This document shows, one piece after another, positions 1 through 8,546 of a stretch of DNA of 64,000 bases; position 1 is the stretch's first letter, and each line of letters begins with the position of its first letter. The notes under the pieces are model-generated. The model was not told the origin of the DNA. It did not search any database and saw nothing but the letters and a program-made list of their open reading frames with translations. The position numbers and the translations under genes were made by a program. The DNA comes from an uncultured Syntrophales bacterium. GTDB lineage: Bacteria; Desulfobacterota; Desulfomonilia; Desulfomonilales; Desulfomonilaceae. The stretch covers positions 112,131 to 176,130 of the forward strand of contig CAYLRL010000001.1 in NCBI GenBank assembly GCA_964385875.1. Direction: 5' to 3'.

Positions 1-227
1 TGGAGCTCGTCGCGGGAGCACTCTTCCTCTACCCACAGGTCTCGCCGGCGGATGTACCCCCAGCCGGGGTGCGCAATCCAGAGCGTTTGGAGCAAGGTTC
101 GGGGCGGGTCGATCCGATAGGTGAACGACGAAGGGTGCAGCCAATAGACACGTCTTTCCGAGTTGGAGATCGGTTCTTCCCGAACTTTGGACTGAAGATA
201 GGCGGAATGTCGCGGCGGCTTGTTCAC
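1..227 (-). CDS. 5' part of an uncharacterised gene running off the left edge (VNKPPRHSAYLQSKVREEPISNSERRVYWLHPSSFTYRIDPPRTLLQTLWIAHPGWGYIRRRDLWVEEECSRDEL...)
   Basis: Own minus-strand translation. GTG at 227 lies 5 nt after GAAGGAGA (233-240), and the frame stays open to position 1. It is absent from the ORF track because it has no stop in the window. No family recognised. Confidence 0.35.
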   Translation of the reverse strand, partial: MNKPPRHSAYLQSKVREEPISNSERRVYWLHPSSFTYRIDPPRTLLQTLWIAHPGWGYIRRRDLWVEEECSRDEL

Positions 228-533
228 CGGTGTCTCCTTCTCGTCCCGGAGCGGATCGTCTGTCCGTCTGGGAGATCGGGGGGGTATTCACGTACACGTG
301 GACCTTTGGTCGATTCTACCGTGAGCGGAGAAGGCTCGTCAACGGACGATCCGGAGTGGGCCTGTTCGGATCGGAGAGCCTCCCTTGACAGGCCGCCGGC
401 TCGTTCACTAAATGTAGAAGGGTTACATGGAAGCCCGAACCACGGCGGTCTCCCCGCGAGCGGCTTCGGCCGCAAAGGTGGCGCCCTCCGGCCGGTCTTC
501 CGCTCCATCGATCTTAATCCGGAAGGACTCGCT

Positions 534-1604
534 ATGGCGGAATATTCCGAAACCGACGCATTCCCTCGCTTACTCGTCACCGCGGTGGGCAGCATGCCCC
601 ATACGGACTGCGCCGAAGCAGTGGACCTGGTGTTGGCCGGCTTATCCGAGGCGCCGCATGCGCCTCAGCTCTCGCGCATGGATCCCCGTGAGCAGATGTG
701 GATTCAATTTACCGAGGGTCTGCCGGGATTTACCGTTGATCTCGAGAACCTAAATTATTACTTCGACACGACCGGTGATCCCCTTGCCGCGGTTGAAGCG
801 TTCTACGCGGAATATCTCACCGTCTTCGAAGGCGGGCCGGCCGACGCGTTCGCGGTCGGCCGCGAATTCGGGCTCGGGATTCATATGTTTCTTGAGCGAC
901 TCAAGAACGAAGGCCGGAAGCGGCCGTTCGTCAAGGTGCAAGTGACGGGCCCCCTCAGTTTCGCGCTGACCGTTACCGATGAGGAAAAGAAGCCGATTTT
1001 CTATCATCCTTTGTTCAAAGACGTCGCGGTCAAGGGGATGGGACTGAAAGCCGCATGGCTCGTGGATCAGTTCAAGCCGTTCGCGGAGAATGTGATCGTC
1101 TTCTTTGACGAGCCCAGTTTGAGCGCGTACGGATCGTCCGCATTCCTTGGGGTTTCCAAGGAAGACGTCATAGAATCGCTCGATGACGTGATCGGCATGG
1201 CGCTGAGCCGCGGCGCCATTCCCGGCGTTCATTGTTGCGGCAATACGGACTGGGGTTTGCTTGCGGAGACGCAAACGCGCATTATTAACTTTGACGCGGT
1301 CGATTACATGGAGACCGTTCCCATCTACGCGTCGCAGCTGGACGATTTTCTTCGGAAAGGCGGCGTGTTCGCATGGGGGGCGGTTCCGAACACGGATCAA
1401 GCGCTGAAGGAGTCCGCCGACGTTGTGCTGAAGCGAACCGAGGAGGGCTTGAACCTCCTGGAGAAGGCGGGCATGGCTCGGGATAAAGCCGCGGAAAAGA
1501 TGATCCTGACCCCGGCGTGCGGATGCGCCGGCATGAGCATGGACGGGGTGGCGGCCGTGTATCGCATTCTTGGGGAACTCGATGCGCGGGCGGGCGCCGC
1601 GTGA
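534..1604 (+). CDS. MetE/URO-D-like zinc methyltransferase-family protein (cobalamin-independent methionine-synthase-like)
   Basis: In ORF 69..1604, protein-like sequence only starts at ATG 534 (MAEYSETDAFPRLLVTAVGSMPH). The HCCGN and TPACGC motifs resemble the His/Cys zinc ligands of MetE C-terminal-domain-type enzymes. The upstream 155 codons are R/G/S-rich and look non-coding. Confidence 0.55.
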   Translation: MAEYSETDAFPRLLVTAVGSMPHTDCAEAVDLVLAGLSEAPHAPQLSRMDPREQMWIQFTEGLPGFTVDLENLNYYFDTTGDPLAAVEAFYAEYLTVFEGGPADAFAVGREFGLGIHMFLERLKNEGRKRPFVKVQVTGPLSFALTVTDEEKKPIFYHPLFKDVAVKGMGLKAAWLVDQFKPFAENVIVFFDEPSLSAYGSSAFLGVSKEDVIESLDDVIGMALSRGAIPGVHCCGNTDWGLLAETQTRIINFDAVDYMETVPIYASQLDDFLRKGGVFAWGAVPNTDQALKESADVVLKRTEEGLNLLEKAGMARDKAAEKMILTPACGCAGMSMDGVAAVYRILGELDARAGAA

Positions 1605-1657
1605 ATTGATTCAACCGATTGTTTTCCAATCCCGAACGGGATCGAGAGGATACCGAG

Positions 1658-2428
1658 ATGAGCACCACATTGGCCGTTGCAGGCAAAGGCGGAGTAGGGA
1701 AGACATCGTTCACCGCGCTGGTGATCAAGGCGCTGCTGGACGAAAAGAAGACCCCGCTGTTGGCCATCGACGCGGACTCCAACTCGAATCTCCATGAAGT
1801 CCTCGGAGTGCGGGAACCCAAAAGCGTCGGCTGCGTGCGGGAAGACAGTCGTAAGCTCGCGGACGACATTCCCGGCGGCATGACCAAGGACCGATTCATG
1901 GAGTACCAAATTCAGGCGTGCCTCGAAGAAGCGGACGATTTCGACTTTCTCTCGATGGGCCGCCCGGAAGGTCCGGGCTGCTACTGCATGGCGAATCACA
2001 TTCTGCGCGACATCATCGGCAAGCTCACCGGCAACTACCAGTATGTGGTGATCGACAATGAAGCCGGTATGGAGCACCTTTCCCGCCGCACGGAAGAGGA
2101 GGTGGATCATCTCTTCATCATATCGGACCCGGCGCCCCGAAGCCTCCGCACCATCGGGCGCATCACCGAGCTGATCGACGAACTCGGCGACCGCATTCGC
2201 AATAAGCACTTCCTGCTGAGCAGGTCGAACGGCGCGGACGACGAAGCGAACGAATCGATCAAGAAAGAGATCGAGAAACTGCCGTACCCGCCGGAGGGCA
2301 GAATCCCGTATGATGAAGCGCTGGTCGGCCTGGATATGGCGGGTAAGCCGCTTCTCGAGATTCCTTCCGATGCGCCGTCGTACGTCGCGGTGAAGTCCAT
2401 CCTGAAAAATTTGGGCGTCATGGCCTGA
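1658..2428 (+). CDS. MinD/ParA-family P-loop ATPase, CooC/AcsF-like (nickel-insertion accessory ATPase type)
   Basis: ATG 1658 is preceded by GAGAGGA. It has a deviant Walker A (AGKGGVGKTS), a DADSNSNL motif, a CxC motif (GPGCYC) typical of CooC, and a Walker B (VVIDNEAGMEHL). Confidence 0.8.
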   Translation: MSTTLAVAGKGGVGKTSFTALVIKALLDEKKTPLLAIDADSNSNLHEVLGVREPKSVGCVREDSRKLADDIPGGMTKDRFMEYQIQACLEEADDFDFLSMGRPEGPGCYCMANHILRDIIGKLTGNYQYVVIDNEAGMEHLSRRTEEEVDHLFIISDPAPRSLRTIGRITELIDELGDRIRNKHFLLSRSNGADDEANESIKKEIEKLPYPPEGRIPYDEALVGLDMAGKPLLEIPSDAPSYVAVKSILKNLGVMA

Positions 2429-2509
2429 TTTCTTCGGCGTTCTTCCCGAATCGAATCGTTCCGGAACGGGTGAGTCGCGGCCGCGTGGAGCGGCCGTGCG
2501 CGCGACGGT

Positions 2510-2535
2510 GTGCGCTCTCCGCACTTTGTGTTTTT
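2510..2535 (+). terminator. Weak rho-independent terminator candidate after the CooC-like gene
   Basis: GTGCG-CTCTC-CGCAC hairpin (2510-2524) followed by TTTGTGTTTTT. The stem is only 5 bp. Confidence 0.35.
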
Positions 2536-2586
2536 CTCCAACAGGTTGAAAATAATACGTTTTGTTGGCGGGGCGCGGAAAACGGC

Positions 2587-2614
2587 TTGACTTTGCAAGC
2601 CGCTCCTCTATAAT
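2587..2614 (+). promoter_or_regulatory. Near-consensus sigma70-type promoter (TTGACT-16 nt-TATAAT)
   Basis: TTGACT at 2587-2592 and TATAAT at 2609-2614, in a locally AT-rich patch of an 800-bp gap. It points at the small ORF at 2719. Confidence 0.45.
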
Positions 2615-2718
2615 GGAAACTATCGATATGTTTAGTTTATTGCTATGCGCCCGCAAGGGGTTATGGGCTTGCCGAATTGAGGCTGGTTTTCGAGGGGTTA
2701 GTCGTGAGGGAGAGGAAT

Positions 2719-2928
2719 ATGGTTTACACGGACGCTCAAGCCTGGTTGGACGCTCACGAGGTCATTGAGTGCAAACCGCTCAAAGGTCGCTGGACGAGAA
2801 AGACCTGTCTCGAGATTTCTCGACGCGCCCAGAAGACACCGAGAAACGCGAAATCCACTGCGCGGAGCGGCTCGCTCCGAACGGTTCCGTGCGCGAATTG
2901 TCCGATTCTGGCGGCTCTGGAAAAATAG
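2719..2928 (+). CDS. Small hypothetical protein (69 aa, four Cys including CANC)
   Basis: ATG 2719 is preceded by GGGAGAGGAA. Sequence: MVYTDAQAWLDAHEVIECKPLKGRWTRKTCLEISRRAQ...PCANCPILAALEK. No family recognised. Confidence 0.35.
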   Translation: MVYTDAQAWLDAHEVIECKPLKGRWTRKTCLEISRRAQKTPRNAKSTARSGSLRTVPCANCPILAALEK

Positions 2929-3157
2929 TACGTTTCCTACCGGCGCAGCTTGATAGGATGAACTTGGGATTTTCCTCAACGCTCTTCCACAGGGAGAGGG
3001 GATAAGGCTGTACGTTCGCGGATGTTTTGCCGTGTCCTCCCCGGGTGGCACAGCCGCAAGAGGGGTTTCACCGAAGCGCCGGCTTTCTTCTCCCTTTCCC
3101 TCCGGGCAGGGTGAGGCCGGGGTGAGACGTTTCGCCGGTTTCCCGCTGCGCCGCGTG

Positions 3158-3199
3158 GAAACCGAAAAGGCTCCGCAGAATCGAGATCCTCGCGGAGCC
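3158..3199 (-). terminator. Rho-independent terminator of the giant response-regulator gene
   Basis: The minus strand reads GGCTCCGC-(15 nt loop)-GCGGAGCC, then TTTTCGGTTT. It lies 30 nt downstream of the stop at 3229-3231. Confidence 0.5.
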
Positions 3200-3228
3200 C
3201 CGGTATACGCTCTTCGACCGTCGACTTA

Positions 3229-6200
3229 CTACGACGACGCCTGCAGTCCGGCGACGATCCGGTCGATCTGATCCTTGACGATCTCCTCGACGGTATCGAG
3301 AAGCTTTGTCTGTATTTCCGTCCGGAGCATGGTGACGATTTCTTCTCGGTTGGGCATGAGCCCCTGGGTCCGTTCGTCGAAGAGCCCGCGGGATACCCGT
3401 TCCAGCCAGACCCGCTCGGGAAGCGCGTCGCCGATGGCGAGCGCGACGCCTTGGCTGAGCACTTCTTGGAACCGTTCCTTGCCGGGGATCGACTGCCGTA
3501 CTGCTTCCAGCATAACTTCGGGTTTCGGGAGCATTTGCGGCAGCGCGTTGTGGAGGTCCGCTCGATCGATCGCGTCGCCGATTCTCCCTTCAAGCGTGAC
3601 TCGCACATCCGCGTGGATCTGCTCCGGTGTCGGCAAGAGCGTCACCAGCCGCTGCTCGATGTGAGCAAGGATCTCTTCGGACGAGGGCGCTCCGGCCAGG
3701 GCTCTATCAACGCGCTCAAGGACCTCTTCCCGCTGCGGGATAGACCCGAGCGCGACGTCGATCCGTTGATTTACCGTCTCTCGCGACGGTATGCTTTCGA
3801 GGGCCCGCTCCAGTCGAGCCATGACTTCATCTCCCGACACCACCTGCAGGGCCGTGTCGATCCGATCGGTGAAGACTTCCTGAGAGGGAACCGCCTCACG
3901 GAGGAGGGCGTCCACACGGTCGGTAACGGCCGAGGCGGGGGGGAATGCGTCCATGGCTTGATCGACTCGAGCGTTGATCTCTTCGTTCGTCGGAAACGCG
4001 TCGATAGCTCGATCAATGCGGGCGTTCACGTCATCCGCGGTAGGAAGCTCGCCGAGGACTTTGTCCAACCGCTCGCTGACCATCTCCGGCGATATCGATT
4101 TCGAGATGGCGTCATCCAGCCGTTCGTTTATCGAGTCGAGAGAGGGGATTCGTTCAAGCGCTCGGTCCATATGCTCCGAGACGACGGTCGACGAAAACGC
4201 CTCCTGAATCGCTTCATCCAGTTTGCTCGTCACTGCGTCGGACGACGGGAAGTCGGCGAAGGCCGCTTCCGCACGCTTGGCCACTTCATCCGCAAGGCCG
4301 ATCTCGTTCAGGGTCGCGTCGAGCCGATCCGACACGATCTGCTGCAGGGCCGACGCCTGCAGGCCCTCTTCGACAAGCTCCGAAACACGCTCCGAGGAGG
4401 GAATGCCGGTCAGGGCTTCATCGACGCGGGCCTTGAGATCCTCTTCCGACGGCACGCCCTTGAGCGCTTCATCGACGCGGGCGCTGATCTCCTCGCCGCC
4501 GGGGAGGCCCGCCAACGCGTCGTCGATCCGTTTGATGATCTCTTCCTGAGACGGCACACCCTGCAGGGCGGCGGTGATTTGCTCCTGAAGGCTCTCCGCC
4601 TCGGGGAACATCCCCTTCATGGTTTGGTCGAGGCGTTCGAAGACCGCATCCTGCGTCGGGAGGGCTTCCTTGCAGAGCTCGTCGACGCGCGACATGATCG
4701 CGTCTCTTTCGACCGCGCTCTCTTGAAGGCCCTTGCCGAACGCCTCCAGGAATTCATCCTTGGACGGCAGGACCTCTCTCAACGCGCTCGTCAGCGCTTC
4801 CGAAAAATCCTCCTTCCTTGGTGCAAAGCCTTGAACCGCGGAATAGATTGAACTCCGTACCTGATCGTCAGGTATGGCTTGCTTCAACTGAGTCTCAGCG
4901 ATTGTCCTGAACTGGCCCAGGAGATCGTCAACGGAGGGCATCGCATCCGCGGGGATCGCGGCCGTATAGGTCCCGGTGGGGGCGGGCGCCTCCGGCGGAA
5001 TCGGAGCGGGCCGCGGTTCGGGCGCCGCCTTGTCGAGCGGCTGGGGCATGACGGGAGGATAGTCGGGCTCAGGGATGTCCTCCAAACTCAATTCCTCCGT
5101 TTCGCGACCGACCGGCGGTTCGTCGAACGCAATCTCATCGAGTGAGATGTCTTCGGTTACCTCGAGCATGGGCTCGCCTTCGTCCACGCCTCCGAGGATA
5201 AGCTCGTCTTCTTCTTCCACCGGCGCAGCGGCTTGAACAGGCGGCGGTTCGGCAACCGCGCCCGAGTCTTCTTCATCGAGGGAGATTTCCCGGTCAAGGC
5301 TTACGTCGCCGGTTTCTTCATCAGGGAACTTCTCGGTGGGGAATTCTTCCGTGGGCAACTCCTCGCTGAAGAATTCCTGCGTGGCGATCTCCTCTTCGGA
5401 GACTTCTTCAAGGCTGAGCTCGTCTTCAAGCTCTTCGCCGCCTTCTTCGAGATCCATCTCCCCCAGGTCCATCTCGGGCGGGGCTTCGTGGGGTTCCTCA
5501 ATGTCGACGTCCGCCCGCATTCCGGGCGGGGTCTCGTCGGAGATATCCAGGTCGATTTCGCCGAGGTCTTCATCGGACATGGGGTCGACCTCGATATCTT
5601 CCATGGGAATGGTGGCGTCGGAATCGAGGGCAGCCGGTCCGGAGCCTGCGGCTGAGAATTCGGCGCCCTCCTCGAGGCTCATTTCGGTATCTTCTGTGAA
5701 ATCAATCCCTTCGGTGTCGTCTTCTCCCCCAAGCTCAACCGACTCGAAGTCATCCATCTGCATGGTTGCGGTCTCGGTACCGGTTTCCGCGCTCTCCTCG
5801 AGATCAAGATCGAGCTCGGAGGCGTCCAATTCCGCGGCCTGCTCGGTCTCCATGTCGCCGATGTCGGTGTCCGTATCGGTATCGCCGATCCCCTCCAGTT
5901 CTTCCATTTCCATCTCGCGGATTTCCGTGTCTTCCTCGAGATCGATAACGTCGAGCTCCGCGCCGGACGTGGGATCGGAAACGAGTGAATCGTCGTCCAA
6001 TTCGAGATCTTGCGATGTCAGCACCGAGGAGGGCTCCTGAACCTCGAGAATCTTTCCCACTTCGGTGTCGTCCAGATCGATGCGCTCCTCATCCGCGCCT
6101 TTTTCATCCAGGTCGAGGGCCTCGTCCGTATCCATTTCGAGTTCCAGGCCCAATTCATCCACGTCCATGTCCACCGTTACCGAGTCCTTGGGGATCGGAC

Positions 6201-7026
6201 CGGTGTCGTCGCCCTCGGACGTGACCGAGCCGAAATCGGGAAGGGGGCCTTCTTCGGCTGCGTCAAACTCTTCCTCTCCCTGATCGAGACCGTCCACCTC
6301 GACTTCCAGATCCTCGTCGCTGTCCGAACCACCGAATTCCGGGGCCACGTCGGCCACGAGTTCGATCGTGGGTTCGAGCTCGGGCGCGTCCTCCTGATCG
6401 TCGAGCCCCATATCGTCGAGGTTCAGACGCACAGTGTCCTCATAGGTGTCTTCGCCTTCCAGATCGCCCGCGCTGTCCAGTTCGGCCACCAGCGTGCCCG
6501 TGTCGATCTCGACGGTGTCGCCCACATTGGCGGACGGCTCTTCCTCTTCCGCCGCGGCGCTGGACATGGCGAGGAGCTCTTCCGTCATCGCGCCGGAATC
6601 ATCGTCCGAAAAATCGATAAGGATATCGCCGTCATCATCCCCGACCACATCGGTCTTGCGGAGTCCCAGAAGGGACTCGACCGTGCTCCTCAGGACCGAC
6701 CCATCGATGGGCTTGGAAAGATATCCGTCCGCGCCCGTTCCTTGAACTTCCGACGGCGGCGGACTGCCGGGGTCCCCCGTCATCAGGAGGATCGGCACAT
6801 CCTGGTAGTCGGATGAACCTTTAATACCTTTGACGATTTTCCAACCGGGGGCGTCGGAAAGGATGGCATTGAGTATGATAAGGTCCGGCTTTTCGCTCTT
6901 GATCGCTTTCTTGAGTTCGCCCGACGTGGAGACCGCCACAAACTGGCTGTTCTCCTGCGGGAGCAAGCGCGCCACAGCTTCTCTGCTTGCAGGATCTTTG
7001 TCGGCCACGACGATCCGGTAAGGCAT
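3229..7026 (-). CDS. Giant response-regulator protein (1265 aa): N-terminal receiver domain, ~525-aa D/E-rich tract, P-rich hinge, ~25 tandem 17-aa repeats, C-terminal helical tail
   Basis: ATG at 7026 (MPYRIVVADKDPASREAV...). The receiver hallmarks are present: DKD near the N-terminus, PDLIILNAILSDAPG with the phospho-acceptor Asp, and LLMTG...GADGYLSKP. This is the longest ORF in the region. Confidence 0.85.
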   Translation of the reverse strand: MPYRIVVADKDPASREAVARLLPQENSQFVAVSTSGELKKAIKSEKPDLIILNAILSDAPGWKIVKGIKGSSDYQDVPILLMTGDPGSPPPSEVQGTGADGYLSKPIDGSVLRSTVESLLGLRKTDVVGDDDGDILIDFSDDDSGAMTEELLAMSSAAAEEEEPSANVGDTVEIDTGTLVAELDSAGDLEGEDTYEDTVRLNLDDMGLDDQEDAPELEPTIELVADVAPEFGGSDSDEDLEVEVDGLDQGEEEFDAAEEGPLPDFGSVTSEGDDTGPIPKDSVTVDMDVDELGLELEMDTDEALDLDEKGADEERIDLDDTEVGKILEVQEPSSVLTSQDLELDDDSLVSDPTSGAELDVIDLEEDTEIREMEMEELEGIGDTDTDTDIGDMETEQAAELDASELDLDLEESAETGTETATMQMDDFESVELGGEDDTEGIDFTEDTEMSLEEGAEFSAAGSGPAALDSDATIPMEDIEVDPMSDEDLGEIDLDISDETPPGMRADVDIEEPHEAPPEMDLGEMDLEEGGEELEDELSLEEVSEEEIATQEFFSEELPTEEFPTEKFPDEETGDVSLDREISLDEEDSGAVAEPPPVQAAAPVEEEDELILGGVDEGEPMLEVTEDISLDEIAFDEPPVGRETEELSLEDIPEPDYPPVMPQPLDKAAPEPRPAPIPPEAPAPTGTYTAAIPADAMPSVDDLLGQFRTIAETQLKQAIPDDQVRSSIYSAVQGFAPRKEDFSEALTSALREVLPSKDEFLEAFGKGLQESAVERDAIMSRVDELCKEALPTQDAVFERLDQTMKGMFPEAESLQEQITAALQGVPSQEEIIKRIDDALAGLPGGEEISARVDEALKGVPSEEDLKARVDEALTGIPSSERVSELVEEGLQASALQQIVSDRLDATLNEIGLADEVAKRAEAAFADFPSSDAVTSKLDEAIQEAFSSTVVSEHMDRALERIPSLDSINERLDDAISKSISPEMVSERLDKVLGELPTADDVNARIDRAIDAFPTNEEINARVDQAMDAFPPASAVTDRVDALLREAVPSQEVFTDRIDTALQVVSGDEVMARLERALESIPSRETVNQRIDVALGSIPQREEVLERVDRALAGAPSSEEILAHIEQRLVTLLPTPEQIHADVRVTLEGRIGDAIDRADLHNALPQMLPKPEVMLEAVRQSIPGKERFQEVLSQGVALAIGDALPERVWLERVSRGLFDERTQGLMPNREEIVTMLRTEIQTKLLDTVEEIVKDQIDRIVAGLQASS
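3553..4821 (-). repeat. In-frame tandem array of ~25 units of a 16-18 aa motif (P-S/T-x-E/D-E/D-hydrophobic-x-x-R-hydrophobic-D-x-A-hydrophobic-x-x-hydrophobic)
   Basis: Read directly from the translation: PSQEEIIKRIDDALAGL / PGGEEISARVDEALKGV / PSEEDLKARVDEALTGI / ... / PTADDVNARIDRAIDAF / PTNEEINARVDQAMDAF / ... / PQREEVLERVDRALAGA. Confidence 0.75.
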
Positions 7027-7747
7027 GTCAACCTCGCGGTGGGAGCAGTGATTTTCTTTAAAAATACAAGAAATTCGGCCCAAATGTCAAGTATATTGCA
7101 AGGTAAACCTACGAAACCTCCACTGCGCTATACCCGGAACTCTTCAGGCCTGCTCATCTATTATAACCGATTCCGCCGATATTTTAACATAATCCTTCAT
7201 GGAAATCACGTCGCATGACGCGTCGAACGAACGACCCGTATACCTCGCTTATAAGAAAACAACGGCGGGCTTACGGTCAGCCCCCCGGCGTATCCCCGTC
7301 CGTCGGCGCAACCAAGGGAACTTCATTCCTGAGCGAATGTCTAAACTCGCGTCGATAAGTCCCCGGCAATCGTCCGGCGTGCGGCTGCCGAAATCATGTC
7401 TCAGACCGAAAGGAATCGACCGTGTCCGCGACGCGGGCCCCCGCGCCGAACTTCATCGCGGATCGAAACGGCCCCGCGGCCGCGCTGTTCATCGCAGCGC
7501 GTTCGGCCCCGCGGTTCGTGAAAGGCAAAGCGTCGGGAGATTGGGAACGCCGCGTTCCACGGTCCCGTCTGATGCGCGGGCTGAGGGGCGTGTCGACGAC
7601 TCCGGACGACGTTCGGCATCGGCGGTTGGATGATCTAGAATCGGCTGTAACTAAAAGACTTAAGGCCAGGGAAATTAGGGCATAACTTGACTTGTTAACG
7701 AGAATGTTCTAAGGAACGCTCTCAATCGGAGAAAGGAGAAGGCCTCC

Positions 7748-8503
7748 ATGCATGAAGTCCTCGCCGCAGCATTCCCTACGCAGTCCGTCAGCCCCCACGG
7801 CATGTGGGCCATCATTATGGGGGCCGGCGTGGTTGTCAAGGGAGTTATGGCGCTGCTGCTGCTCTTTTCCGTCGTCTGTTGGGGAATAATCCTGACCAAG
7901 GCGATCACGCTTTCACGGGCGCGCAAAGACACCCAGCTTTTCTTCGACGCGTTTCGCGAATCCCGCAAATTTTCGCTCTTGTACGCGGAAGCCAACCAAC
8001 TCAATTTCAGCCCGTTGGCTCAAGTCTTTAAAGCCGGGTACGCGGAGCTGAACCGACTTTCACGGCTGCAGTCCTCTCAGGCGGCCCGAACCGCGGAATC
8101 CCCCCATGAACCGGAGTATGAACGTTCGGGCATGGACAACGTGGTTCGTTCGCTTCAGCAGGCGGTCACGTCCGAACGGACGCGGCTCGAACGGGGAGTG
8201 AACTTCCTGGCGACCACCGGATCCGCCGCGCCGTTCATCGGCCTCTTCGGAACGGTTTGGGGAATCATGGAGTCGTTCCGGCAGATCGGAATCATGAAGA
8301 GCGCGTCGCTGGCCGTGGTCGCGCCCGGTATCGCAGAGGCGCTCATAGCCACCGCCGCGGGATTGGCCGCTGCGATTCCTGCGGTCATCTTTTACAATTA
8401 CTTCCTCAATCGAATTAACACTGTCTCGATGGAGATGGACAACTTTTCATCCGAGCTCGTCAACATCATCGAGCGTATTTATCTCAACCGCAAAGCCCAT
8501 TAG
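7748..8503 (+). CDS. tolQ: TolQ (MotA/TolQ/ExbB proton-channel family)
   Basis: GAAAGGAGAAGG precedes ATG 7748. The protein has three TM segments and a C-terminal TVWGIM...LAVVAPGIAEALIATAAGLAAAIPAVIFYNYF motif. Gene order is tolQ-tolR-tolA-tolB-pal-cpoB. Confidence 0.9.
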   Translation: MHEVLAAAFPTQSVSPHGMWAIIMGAGVVVKGVMALLLLFSVVCWGIILTKAITLSRARKDTQLFFDAFRESRKFSLLYAEANQLNFSPLAQVFKAGYAELNRLSRLQSSQAARTAESPHEPEYERSGMDNVVRSLQQAVTSERTRLERGVNFLATTGSAAPFIGLFGTVWGIMESFRQIGIMKSASLAVVAPGIAEALIATAAGLAAAIPAVIFYNYFLNRINTVSMEMDNFSSELVNIIERIYLNRKAH

Positions 8504-8546
8504 TTGCGTCCCGAGACGGGCGGACCGCGCTGAGGAGGCGCTTTTC

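Noticed and set aside
69-533. N-terminal 155 codons of track ORF 69..1604
   Set aside because: The translation is R/G/S/P-rich and unstructured. Protein-like sequence and a sensible family N-terminus (VGSMPH) begin only at ATG 534. This stretch also overlaps the 5' end and RBS of the divergent minus-strand gene at 1..227.
1397-2656. 419-aa minus-strand ORF covering the CooC-like gene
   Set aside because: It is antisense to a gene with unambiguous Walker A/B and CxC motifs, and its own translation has no recognisable motifs.
3040-3060. TGGCAC box (3045) as a possible sigma54 promoter
   Set aside because: The required TTGC element at the -12 spacing is missing; the sequence reads TGGCACAGCCGCAAG.
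3451-6816. Long plus-strand ORFs (3451..4851, 5336..6040, 6010..6816 and others) antisense to, or out of frame with, the giant response-regulator gene
   Set aside because: Their translations are R/G/S/L-rich with no domain-like sequence. They mirror the low-complexity acidic and repeat coding on the minus strand, which has a clear receiver domain and periodic repeats.
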